From the NCBI GenBank assembly GCA_051306435.1, contig JBPPNF010000012.1, positions 1,908-65,907 on the forward strand: 64,000 nucleotides of DNA, in the 5' to 3' direction. The notes below the pieces were generated by a model. That model made no database searches. It had not been told where the DNA came from and worked only from the letters and a program-made list of their open reading frames with translations. Source of the stretch: Solirubrobacterales bacterium. Lineage in GTDB: Bacteria; Actinomycetota; Thermoleophilia; Solirubrobacterales; JACPNS01. Made by a program: the position numbers and the translations under genes. Numbering within the stretch: the first letter of the stretch is position 1; the number at the start of each line of letters is the position of its first letter. Below are positions 56,087 to 64,000 of the stretch, piece after piece.

Positions 56087-57625
56087 ATGAGCATCGTCGT
56101 AGGTGACCGGCCCGCCGAAGGGGGGTCGGTCACTCGCATGCTCGAGCGCCTGACCGACGTCCTCGATCGTCGGAACGTCGAGTACGGAATATTCATCGGC
56201 CTGTTCGTGGCGCTGGTCGCGTTAACGATCTACCGGCCGGTCTTTCCGAACTACGACACGTACTACGCGCTGATCTGGGGCGACGAGATGGCGCATCTCA
56301 AGCTCCCGGACTACTACGTGAACCGAACGCCGACTCCGCACCCGCTCTTCAACGTCTACACCGCGCTGATCTCATTCACCGGCGGCGCGGCGATCCACAT
56401 TCTCACGATCGCGTCACTGGGCATGTACGTGGGTCTGCTCTACGCCGCCTACAAGCTGGTGAAATTGCAGGTCGGCACGCTGGTCGCCTTCTTCACGCTG
56501 CTCGTGCTGCTCACGCGCACGGACCTGCTGGCCTTCGGCTTCCGCTCGATGCTGGACATCCCGTTCCTGGCGATGATCGTCTGGGCGGCGGTGCTCGAGG
56601 TGCAGAAGCCGCGACGCGGCACCGCGCCGCTGGTGCTCCTGCTGCTGGCCGGGCTGCTCCGCCCGGAGGCCTGGCTCATGGCCGGCATCTACTGGCTCTG
56701 GCTCGCGCTCGGGCACGTGCGACCGAAGCTGAAACTGCCGGGCGAGCTCCCCTCTTACAAGCAGCTTTTCTGGTTTGCGTTTCTGGTCGTTGCGTCGCCG
56801 GTGATCTGGCTCGCATGGGACTGGATTGTCACCGGCGATCCGCTCTACTCGGTCAACTCGACCAGCGAGGTCGCCGCCGAACTCAAGCGCAACAAGTCGC
56901 TCTTCGGTGCGATCGCCGCGATCCCGAAGAACATCAGCGGTACCGAGCAGTGGGTCACGGCGATCTGCGGCACGCTCGGCTTCGGGCTCGCCTTCTACGT
57001 CTACCGGCAGCGGATGCTGATGCTCGCGGCACTCGGCGTGGTCGGCGTGATCACCTACCTCCTGATCGCCGTCGCGGGGCTGTCGGTGATCCCGCGCTAC
57101 CTCGTGATCCCGTCGATAATTCTCTGCTTCGGCGTCGCCTTCGCGCTCGTCGGCTGGGAGCGCCTCGAAGGCAAACCGCGCAAGTGGGGGATCGCGCTGG
57201 CGATTCTCACTGTTCTGCTCGGCCTCGCCCGCGCGCCGACCTACATCGACAACTTCCGCGCGCTGAACACCAGCACGCAGGACGTCTCGATCACTTACAG
57301 CCGGATCTACAACATCCTCGACAAGCCAAAGGTGCAGATGGCAATCGAGAACTGCCAGCCGATCACGGCCTTCACGCACGAGACGGTGCCGATCATCCGC
57401 TACAAGCTCGGGCTGGCCAAGGGCGATGTGCCCACCACCACCCAGCTCAAGAGCGCGCCGACCGAGGGCACGATCCTGATCCAGACCAGCGCACTGGACC
57501 CGCTGCAAATGACCGTCGTCGACCGCGTCCTGCGCAAACAATGGACCGGCTTCCACCAGCCGGGCTTCAAGTTCCGCGGCGAGAACCGCGCCTGGATCAT
57601 CTACACGAGTTGCGGGGCGAAGTGA
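56087..57625 (+). CDS. Polytopic membrane protein, probable GT-C-fold glycosyltransferase
   Basis: About 11 TM; NYDTYYALIWG first-loop acidic motif; PHPL; LLRPEAW; PRY. Confidence 0.65.
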   Translation: MSIVVGDRPAEGGSVTRMLERLTDVLDRRNVEYGIFIGLFVALVALTIYRPVFPNYDTYYALIWGDEMAHLKLPDYYVNRTPTPHPLFNVYTALISFTGGAAIHILTIASLGMYVGLLYAAYKLVKLQVGTLVAFFTLLVLLTRTDLLAFGFRSMLDIPFLAMIVWAAVLEVQKPRRGTAPLVLLLLAGLLRPEAWLMAGIYWLWLALGHVRPKLKLPGELPSYKQLFWFAFLVVASPVIWLAWDWIVTGDPLYSVNSTSEVAAELKRNKSLFGAIAAIPKNISGTEQWVTAICGTLGFGLAFYVYRQRMLMLAALGVVGVITYLLIAVAGLSVIPRYLVIPSIILCFGVAFALVGWERLEGKPRKWGIALAILTVLLGLARAPTYIDNFRALNTSTQDVSITYSRIYNILDKPKVQMAIENCQPITAFTHETVPIIRYKLGLAKGDVPTTTQLKSAPTEGTILIQTSALDPLQMTVVDRVLRKQWTGFHQPGFKFRGENRAWIIYTSCGAK

Positions 57626-58701
57626 TGAATGTGCGTGCTCTCTCTGCGCTCACAGCGCTGGCGATTGCGCTTGCGGCTTCCGGCTGCGGTGACGACCGCG
57701 CGACGACGGTCTCGCGCAACGGCAACAATCTCGTTGTCGCGCCCTTCACCGGTCAGCTGACCGACGTCGACGAGCGACCGATTGCCGTGGCGACCGGCGA
57801 GGGCGGCGTCTGGGCCACCAGCATGGCCGGCGGGGTGCTGACGAAGATCGACCCGCAGACCGGCAGGACGATCGGCAGGCCGACGGTGACAGATGACGCT
57901 CCGTACGCCGTCGACGCCGCCTTCGGCAAGGTCTGGGTGGCCGCCTTCCAGAACGACGAGTTGATCCAGGTGGACCCCGCCACGCGCAGGGTCGTCAAAA
58001 CGACAAAAGTCGCCAACCGTCCCTTCGGTCTGACTCACGGCTTCGGCTCGATGTGGGTGACCAGCATTCGCAACGAGACGGTCAGCCGGATCGACCCGAA
58101 GACCGGCGAGGAGATCGGCGACCCGATCCAGCTTGAGGGCCCGCCGTATACGATCGCTGCAGGCTTCGGGTTTCTCTGGGTGACCAACATCCGCGACGGC
58201 AACGTCGTGAAGATCGACCCGGACACGAACAAGATCGTGGGCGATCCGATCGTGATCGGCGAGCGTTCATGCAAGGACGTACCGGCCGACGAGCCGCTGG
58301 TCAACTGCGGCGCGCCCAGCGCAATCGTCGCTGCGGGCGAGTACCTCTGGGTCGCAAATTTGCGCGGGCTTGCGCTCACCGGTGGTCAGGGCACCCCGAC
58401 GCAGATCAAGCGGAAGATCCCCAACGGCGAGGTCTGGCGGATCGACCCGAAGACTGGCAAGGCCGTCGGCGATCCGATCCCGGTGCCGATCCGCCCGCAG
58501 GCGATCGCCGGTGACGACACGGCGGTCTGGGTGGTCAGCCTCGGTGCGAACGCCGTCACGCGCATCGACACGAAGACTGGCGTGCGCGACAAGCTGCCGA
58601 TCGACATCAGCGGTCAACCCACTGATGCCGCGATCGGCTACGGAAAGGTCTGGTTCTCGCTCTCGAGCGACGACCAGGTCGCTTCGCTCGAGAACAGGTA
58701 G
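57625..58701 (+). CDS. Lipoprotein with Vgb/YVTN-like beta-propeller repeats
   Basis: Lipobox ASGC; repeated G..WV....G.V.RIDP.T motif; TGATG coupling. Confidence 0.88.
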   Translation: MNVRALSALTALAIALAASGCGDDRATTVSRNGNNLVVAPFTGQLTDVDERPIAVATGEGGVWATSMAGGVLTKIDPQTGRTIGRPTVTDDAPYAVDAAFGKVWVAAFQNDELIQVDPATRRVVKTTKVANRPFGLTHGFGSMWVTSIRNETVSRIDPKTGEEIGDPIQLEGPPYTIAAGFGFLWVTNIRDGNVVKIDPDTNKIVGDPIVIGERSCKDVPADEPLVNCGAPSAIVAAGEYLWVANLRGLALTGGQGTPTQIKRKIPNGEVWRIDPKTGKAVGDPIPVPIRPQAIAGDDTAVWVVSLGANAVTRIDTKTGVRDKLPIDISGQPTDAAIGYGKVWFSLSSDDQVASLENR

Positions 58702-58755
58702 TCCGGCCGCAGTCTCGCACCGCGCCCGAGCAGCGACCCGATCTCGAGGCCCGTA

Positions 58756-58902
58756 TTGCATGCCTCAGGCATGCAAGCGATTGGCAGGCAGAAACGCATG
58801 ATTCCCTGGCCATTTCTTTTGCATGCCTGAGGCATGCAATGAAAACCGCTTGATCAGCGGGTCTGGAAACGTCTTCCGGGCTTGCATGCCTGAGGCATGC
58901 AA
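58756..58902. repeat. Array of three 21-bp perfect palindromes (TTGCATGCCT-S-AGGCATGCAA) with unique 42-bp spacers and a 63-bp period
   Basis: Copies at 58756-58776 (centre C), 58819-58839 and 58882-58902 (centre G); intergenic between convergent genes. Confidence 0.95.
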
Positions 58903-58928
58903 GTGCTTGGGAGGGGGCGGGGGGCGGC

Positions 58929-60386
58929 CTACTTGGGGCCGAGGTAGCGCAGGTAGACCTGGTTGTTGCCGGCCAGGTTGCGGATCAGGCGGTCAGCCTT
59001 TTCCGACTGCGACTGGAAGAGCACGTAGTTGCCGCGCAGGCTCGTCGAGGGGTTCTCGGAGGGGCCTGTGAGGTACTCGTTGTTGTGATCGCGCGATTCG
59101 ACCGAGACGTGCCTGGTCGGCTTGTTCCAGAGCATGAAGTTCTGGACGCCGTTGCGCGTGAAGCGGATGTCGCGTGACGGACGCAGGTTCGTTGCGTTCG
59201 AGTTGAAGAGCACGAACTCGCCACCACCGGTGATCGTCGGGTCGCCTGAGGGGCCGTTTGCCGGCCCGTCGATCGACTTCGAGACCCACTGCATGCGGCG
59301 GGTGATCAGGTCGGCCTGGGCGATGTCGGTGACGCGGTTGTTGTCACCGGCCAGGAGGTTTGAAGCGTCCGTCTGGAAAGCGACGAACTGGCCGTACTCG
59401 TTGATCGCCGGGTGGCTCGACGGCTTGTTGCCGCGGCGGCCGTTGCGCTGCGAGACGAGCTTGGTCTTGAAGTGAAGCTTGTTGCCCTTGCGGAAGCCGC
59501 GGGTGTAGACGTCGGTGCCGTCGTCGCGGTCGGCGCGGGAGAGGTTGGTCGCTTCAGAGGTGAACGCGACGAAGTTGCCGTAGCGGGCGAAGGAGACCTG
59601 GTAGCTGGGACCGTTGCCCGCGCTGCCGCCGCCACTGGCCGATGCGATGAAGGTCAGGCGCGCGAAGCGACCGGAACGGATGTGAACGTAGACCTGGCTG
59701 TTGCCGTTGGTGCCGCCGCTGGTGCGGGCGGTGCTCCAGATGCCCTTGCCGCCTCCGCTGTAGCCGAGGTTGGTCGCGGTCGAGACGAATCCGATGCGTC
59801 CGCAGTTTGCGGTCACGGTGACTTCCGTCGTCGGGCCGTTGGCCTGCTGGCCGCTGCTGCCGACCGAGACACGCGTGATGCGGCGGTTCTTGAAGTTGTA
59901 GACAAACGCGTCAGCGACGTCGTTGGTGTCGTTCGGAACCAGATTGCTGGCCTTGGAGACGAATGCGATGCAGGTCGGCAGGTTGAAGCTCGAGCCTGCG
60001 ACCGCCGGCTTGTAGGATGGGCCGTTCGCGGGCTTGCCGCCCATGCCCTTCGAGATCAGCGTCGTCCTGCCGATGCGCCACGGGGTGCCGTTCTGGCCCC
60101 AGCCGCGTCCGCGCTTGACCATGAAGACGTCAGTCGCGTTGTTGTCGTCACCGCGGACGATGTTGCTGGCGTCTGACTCGTATGCGGCGACACGCGCGAT
60201 GCGCTGGTCGCGGCTGATCGAGGCGTTACGGGATTCCCCGTTGGGGATACCACCGTTGTAAGAACGCGAGAGTAGAAACGTGGTGCGCAAAGATCCCGCG
60301 CTGGCTGTTGCCGCAGTCATGGCGATCAGCGAAGAAAGAATCGCGAGCGTCGCCAGCGCGGCCAATGTCATCCTTGACCTGGTCAC
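58929..60386 (-). CDS. Secreted TolB/PD40-like beta-propeller protein
   Basis: Signal peptide; AYESDASN.V..D.N...DVF repeats; PS.S..G..VAF repeats. Confidence 0.88.
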   Translation of the reverse strand: MTRSRMTLAALATLAILSSLIAMTAATASAGSLRTTFLLSRSYNGGIPNGESRNASISRDQRIARVAAYESDASNIVRGDDNNATDVFMVKRGRGWGQNGTPWRIGRTTLISKGMGGKPANGPSYKPAVAGSSFNLPTCIAFVSKASNLVPNDTNDVADAFVYNFKNRRITRVSVGSSGQQANGPTTEVTVTANCGRIGFVSTATNLGYSGGGKGIWSTARTSGGTNGNSQVYVHIRSGRFARLTFIASASGGGSAGNGPSYQVSFARYGNFVAFTSEATNLSRADRDDGTDVYTRGFRKGNKLHFKTKLVSQRNGRRGNKPSSHPAINEYGQFVAFQTDASNLLAGDNNRVTDIAQADLITRRMQWVSKSIDGPANGPSGDPTITGGGEFVLFNSNATNLRPSRDIRFTRNGVQNFMLWNKPTRHVSVESRDHNNEYLTGPSENPSTSLRGNYVLFQSQSEKADRLIRNLAGNNQVYLRYLGPK

Positions 60387-60430
60387 GGCTCAACTATCGG
60401 CCGATAACCGCGGATGGTTTAGCGGCTACG

Positions 60431-62104
60431 TCAACTTTTTCCGTCCGGAGCGCATTTTCCACCAGAAAGGCGGTAGATGTCGATCTGCGGTCCGGGGCGG
60501 TGATACCCCATCGGGTAGTAGTTGTAAGAGATGTCGAAGTTGAATCTCGGCAGGGCCTCGCCGGGTTTCATCGGACTGAAGGTCGCGACCTTCTCCGCGC
60601 GCTGCTCGAGCGCCTCGTGGTACGCGGTGGCGCCGGGAGACTTCTCGGGGAATTTGGTGACACGGCCTTTCTGGATGCTTGCCGAAACCACGTGGCAGTA
60701 GCCCTCTGATTCGAACTGGTCGATCATGGCCGGGCTGAGCTTCTGTGCGTAGAGCTCGACCTCTTTGCCGCGTGGCAGTGGCCGAATCTTCAGTCCCTTG
60801 TAGTACGCGGGCGGACCGACAAGGTCGATCGCGATCTTCTCGCCAGGGGCGTTTTCGATCAGCCAGTCCTTTGCCAGGGCGCGCGTGTCGGTACGGGTGA
60901 GAACCTTGTCGTTGTGGACCACGTGGACGAGCGGGATGATCAGCGCCACCGCCATCACCGCGACGGCCGCATACGCCGGCGGGCGTTCGGCACCACCACG
61001 TGCGAACTTCGTCGTGAGCCAACGCGCGATCTCGATCGCTGCGTATCCCGAAAACAGCGCCAGTACCGGATAGACCGGCATCATCCAGCGCGCGTAGAAA
61101 CGCAGCTCTTTCCCCATGAAGAGAAACACGATCAAGCCGAACAGGACGAGCGGCAGCGCGCGACGCCAGTCCTTTTTGAGTGCGATCACGGCGCCGCTGA
61201 CGGCGAGGATCAGCGGCAGTGCGCCAAAGCCCCACCACATCGTCCAGGCGTAGTAGAACCAGCCATTGGTGTCGTCGGTGCCGAGCTTCTCGATGTTGCC
61301 GGTGTAGTCGGCCTGTCGGCGCACGTCATAGACGAATTTGTCGGCGTCGAGCAGCGCGTAGGGATTGGCGATGAAGAACGCGATCAGCGAGAGTGCGCCG
61401 GCGCCGATCAGGAACAGGAACTCGCGCTTGCCGCGCTCCTTGTCCTCGAAGAAGCGAATCAGCCAGGCGACGGCGATCGCCACGCAGAGCGCGGCAGCCG
61501 TGTACTTGGTGGCCGTCGCAAGGCCCAGCCCGACACCGGCGATGCCGTAGTCGAGCAGGCGCCCCTTGTTGATGATTCCGGCGAGCCCGAAGATGCCGAG
61601 CGCAAGCGGCAACAGCGTCGGCACGTCGTTGAGCGCGAAGTGGCTGTAGTGGACGGGCAGAAAGGTGAAGCACATGAAGGCTGCCGTCGCCAGGCCCGCC
61701 GCGGTGCCGTAGAGGCGCCTGCCGGCGAAGTACATCAGCCAGGCAGCGCCGACGCCCGTCAGCGCGCTGGCCGCGCGGGCGATCGTGTAGATCGTCGTCG
61801 GGTCGGTGTCGAAGGCCCGGTGGATCGCCGCTCCGGTCGAGCCGATCGGCGGAACACCGAACCAGATCGAATAGAGCGTGTGCAGCAGATACGTGTAGGC
61901 CGGCGGGTTCTGGAAGTAGTCGGGGTTGAGCCCGTCGCCGAACATGTCGACGGCCTGGATCGTGAAGTGCGCGTACTCGTCGAGGTTGTAGACGATCGGC
62001 AGTCCGCTGCGGATGCCCCACAGGCGCAGCGCCAGACCGGCCAGGAGGATTCCGGCGAGCGTCCATGCGGCGGCGGACCCCCGTCGTTTTGTGGCTTCGG
62101 TCAC
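60431..62104 (-). CDS. Glycosyltransferase family 39 / PMT-like (GT-C) membrane protein
   Basis: YNLDEYAH, YFQNPP, YSHFALNDVP, ATKY, ELRFYARW. Confidence 0.85.
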   Translation of the reverse strand: MTEATKRRGSAAAWTLAGILLAGLALRLWGIRSGLPIVYNLDEYAHFTIQAVDMFGDGLNPDYFQNPPAYTYLLHTLYSIWFGVPPIGSTGAAIHRAFDTDPTTIYTIARAASALTGVGAAWLMYFAGRRLYGTAAGLATAAFMCFTFLPVHYSHFALNDVPTLLPLALGIFGLAGIINKGRLLDYGIAGVGLGLATATKYTAAALCVAIAVAWLIRFFEDKERGKREFLFLIGAGALSLIAFFIANPYALLDADKFVYDVRRQADYTGNIEKLGTDDTNGWFYYAWTMWWGFGALPLILAVSGAVIALKKDWRRALPLVLFGLIVFLFMGKELRFYARWMMPVYPVLALFSGYAAIEIARWLTTKFARGGAERPPAYAAVAVMAVALIIPLVHVVHNDKVLTRTDTRALAKDWLIENAPGEKIAIDLVGPPAYYKGLKIRPLPRGKEVELYAQKLSPAMIDQFESEGYCHVVSASIQKGRVTKFPEKSPGATAYHEALEQRAEKVATFSPMKPGEALPRFNFDISYNYYPMGYHRPGPQIDIYRLSGGKCAPDGKS

Positions 62105-62195
62105 GGCGGGAACGATAGTGGTGGCGCGTTCAGCTGAGATTGTGTACGGTATGTGAATCCCGATTCACATTGGTATCGCCAGATCGGAGGATCAG

Positions 62196-63809
62196 ATGGA
62201 AGTCGCGCAGAAGGCCGATCGCGCAACGCACGAAGTCTTCAACCAGGCCGCGCCGCTCGAGCCGATCAATCACTTCACGGCTGACGTCGTGCTCCAGGAG
62301 TCGGTTGCTCGAGAGGGCGGCGCCTGGGGCGCCGATCGCCTGACCGCGCTAGGCGAGCTGGCAGGATCACGCGAGCAGAAGGAGCACTGCTGGCGCGCCG
62401 AGCACAATCTGCCCCGCCTCACAACCCACGACCGCTTCGGCAACCGGATCGATCAGGTCGAGCTCGATCCCTCATGGCATCACCTGCTCGGAACCGGCAT
62501 TGAGGCCGAGTGTCACTCGCTGCCCTGGCGTGAGCCGCAGCCGGGCGCGCATGTCGTGCGCGTCGGCCTGTTTCAGCTGTGGTCGCAGACCAACGGCGGC
62601 GTGATGTGTCCGATCTCGATGACACACGCGGTGATCCCGCCCCTGCGTAACCACGCTCCCGAGATCGCCGCCGAGTGGGAAGACCGGCTGACGATGCCCG
62701 ACTACGAACAGGGCGCGATCGCCGGAATGGCGATGACCGAGAAGCAGGGCGGCTCGGATGTCCGCGCCAACACGACGCAGGCGGTGCCGGTCGGGGGCGA
62801 TGAGTACGAGCTGACCGGGCACAAGTGGTTCTGCTCGTATCCGCCATGCGATGTCTTTCTGGTTCTGGCGCAGGCGCCGGGCGGGCTCACGTGCTTCTTC
62901 GTCGAGCGCGGCGAGGGGATGGAGTTTCAGCGCCTGAAGGACAAGCTCGGTTCGCGGTCGCTGCCGTCGAGCGAGGTCGAGTTCCGTGCGGCGCGTGCGC
63001 GGATTGTCGGCGAAGAAGGACGCGGGGTCGCGACGATCATCCAGATGGTCAACCACACGCGGCTTGACTGCATGATCGGCTCGGTGGCCTCGATGCGTCG
63101 CGGGGTGCTGGAGGCGACCCATCACGCGCGCGGGCGCAAGGCCTTCGGCGCGCTGCTTGTCGATCAGCCGGCGATGCAGAACGTGCTCGCCGATCTGGCG
63201 ATCGAGTCCGAGGCTGCCACCACCGCGCTCTACCGGGTTGCCCGCGCGTTCGACGAGGGCGATGACGTGCTTCGCCGATTTGCGACTGCGGTGATGAAGT
63301 ACTGGATCTGCAAGCGCGCGGCCGGTCACGCCGGCGAGGCGCTCGAGTGCTTTGGCGGGAATGGCTACGCCGAGGATTCCGGGATGCCGCTGCTCTACCG
63401 CGACGCGCCGCTGATGTCGATCTGGGAGGGCTCCGGGAACGTCGCTGCGCTGGATGTGTTGCGCGCGATGGCGAAAGAACCCGACGGGCTGCCGGCCTTT
63501 CTGGCTGAATGCGAGCTTGGGCGCGGGGCCGACCGGCGTTTTGACAAGCATCTCGATTCGCTGGGCGCTCGGCTGGCCGGGCTCGCTTCCGGCGAGACTG
63601 AGGCGGATCTGATCGACGCTCAGTTTGGCGCGCGTCGGGTCGTGGAGGACCTCGGCGTCGCGTTTCAGGCATCGCTGATTCTGCGGCATGCGCCGGACTA
63701 CGTCTCCGATGCTTTCTGCGCGGGCCGCCTTGGCGAGGGTGGTCGCGCCTACGGCACGCTGCCGACCGGCGTTGACGCTCGCGCGATCGTCGACCGCGTG
63801 ATCGCGTGA
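62196..63809 (+). CDS. aidB: AidB-like acyl-CoA dehydrogenase
   Basis: HEVFNQ, CPISMTHA, MTEKQGGSDVRAN, RLKDKLG.RS..SSEVEF, IWEGSGNV.ALD. Confidence 0.9.
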   Translation: MEVAQKADRATHEVFNQAAPLEPINHFTADVVLQESVAREGGAWGADRLTALGELAGSREQKEHCWRAEHNLPRLTTHDRFGNRIDQVELDPSWHHLLGTGIEAECHSLPWREPQPGAHVVRVGLFQLWSQTNGGVMCPISMTHAVIPPLRNHAPEIAAEWEDRLTMPDYEQGAIAGMAMTEKQGGSDVRANTTQAVPVGGDEYELTGHKWFCSYPPCDVFLVLAQAPGGLTCFFVERGEGMEFQRLKDKLGSRSLPSSEVEFRAARARIVGEEGRGVATIIQMVNHTRLDCMIGSVASMRRGVLEATHHARGRKAFGALLVDQPAMQNVLADLAIESEAATTALYRVARAFDEGDDVLRRFATAVMKYWICKRAAGHAGEALECFGGNGYAEDSGMPLLYRDAPLMSIWEGSGNVAALDVLRAMAKEPDGLPAFLAECELGRGADRRFDKHLDSLGARLAGLASGETEADLIDAQFGARRVVEDLGVAFQASLILRHAPDYVSDAFCAGRLGEGGRAYGTLPTGVDARAIVDRVIA

Positions 63810-64000
63810 CGGTCGCCGCCCCACCATCGACTCGTCAACGTCTGCTCGACGCGACTACGGAACTGCTGGCCGAAGGCGGGTATGCCGCCGCGACGGTCGC
63901 TGCGTTGACCACGCGCGCGGGGGTTGCGTCGGGCACGCTCTACAGGCACTTCGCCTCGAAAGAAGAGTTGTTTGTGGAGATTTTCCGCAGCCTCAGCGGG
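63806..64000 (+). CDS. TetR-family regulator, N-terminal part (runs off window end)
   Basis: Manual translation MTVAAPPSTRQRLLDATTELLAEGGYAAATVAALTTRAGVASGTLYRHFASKEELF; GTGA overlap with aidB. Confidence 0.88.
   Translation, partial: MTVAAPPSTRQRLLDATTELLAEGGYAAATVAALTTRAGVASGTLYRHFASKEELFVEIFRSLSG

Noticed and set aside
58756-58902. Calling the palindrome array a bona fide CRISPR
   Set aside because: Only three repeats, mixed orientation, fully palindromic 21-mers, no leader and no cas genes in the window. Kept as an unclassified repeat.

Overview
High-GC actinobacterial chromosome segment. Gene content and motifs (e.g. E2 DHRILYG) suggest Thermoleophilia/Solirubrobacterales, which is an inference. 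It has three parts. (1) 1-20.7 kb, housekeeping: UDG fragment, asparaginase, tandem COG4315 secreted proteins with an OmpR/BaeS-type two-component system, a vapBC TA pair, rlmD, argF, lpdA-pdhABC-lipBA, nitroreductase, RTX protein, amidase, cspA. (2) About 21-37.3 kb, a visibly more AT-rich lipid-metabolism region: TetR/MBL/cytochrome P450, alkane monooxygenase AlkB with an EthR-like TetR, an IS3 scar, a type II FAS operon (fabH-fabG-acp-fabF-accD-maoC-fabI) with a FasR/PucR-type regulator, thioesterase, BtrH-like protein, TetR, and an R2-like ligand-binding oxidase (R2lox) translationally coupled to a rubredoxin, ending at tRNA-Ala. A shared TTGACA-N3-TGTCAA operator links alkB, its TetR and R2lox-rubredoxin. 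(3) 37.4-64 kb: small lipoproteins, an ECF sigma-zinc finger fusion, tRNA-Leu(UAA), DUF2207, a decayed R2lox-SCP2 fusion, NHL/TSP3 protein, c-di-AMP riboswitch with RlpA, glpX, an acyl-CoA dehydrogenase pair, an IS481/IS3 scar islet, SGNH lipases, thiolase, GT-C glycosyltransferases, beta-propellers and AidB. This part also holds an intergenic array of three 21-bp perfect palindromes at an exact 63-bp period with unique 42-bp spacers. All family calls are from motif recognition by eye; no database searches were run.
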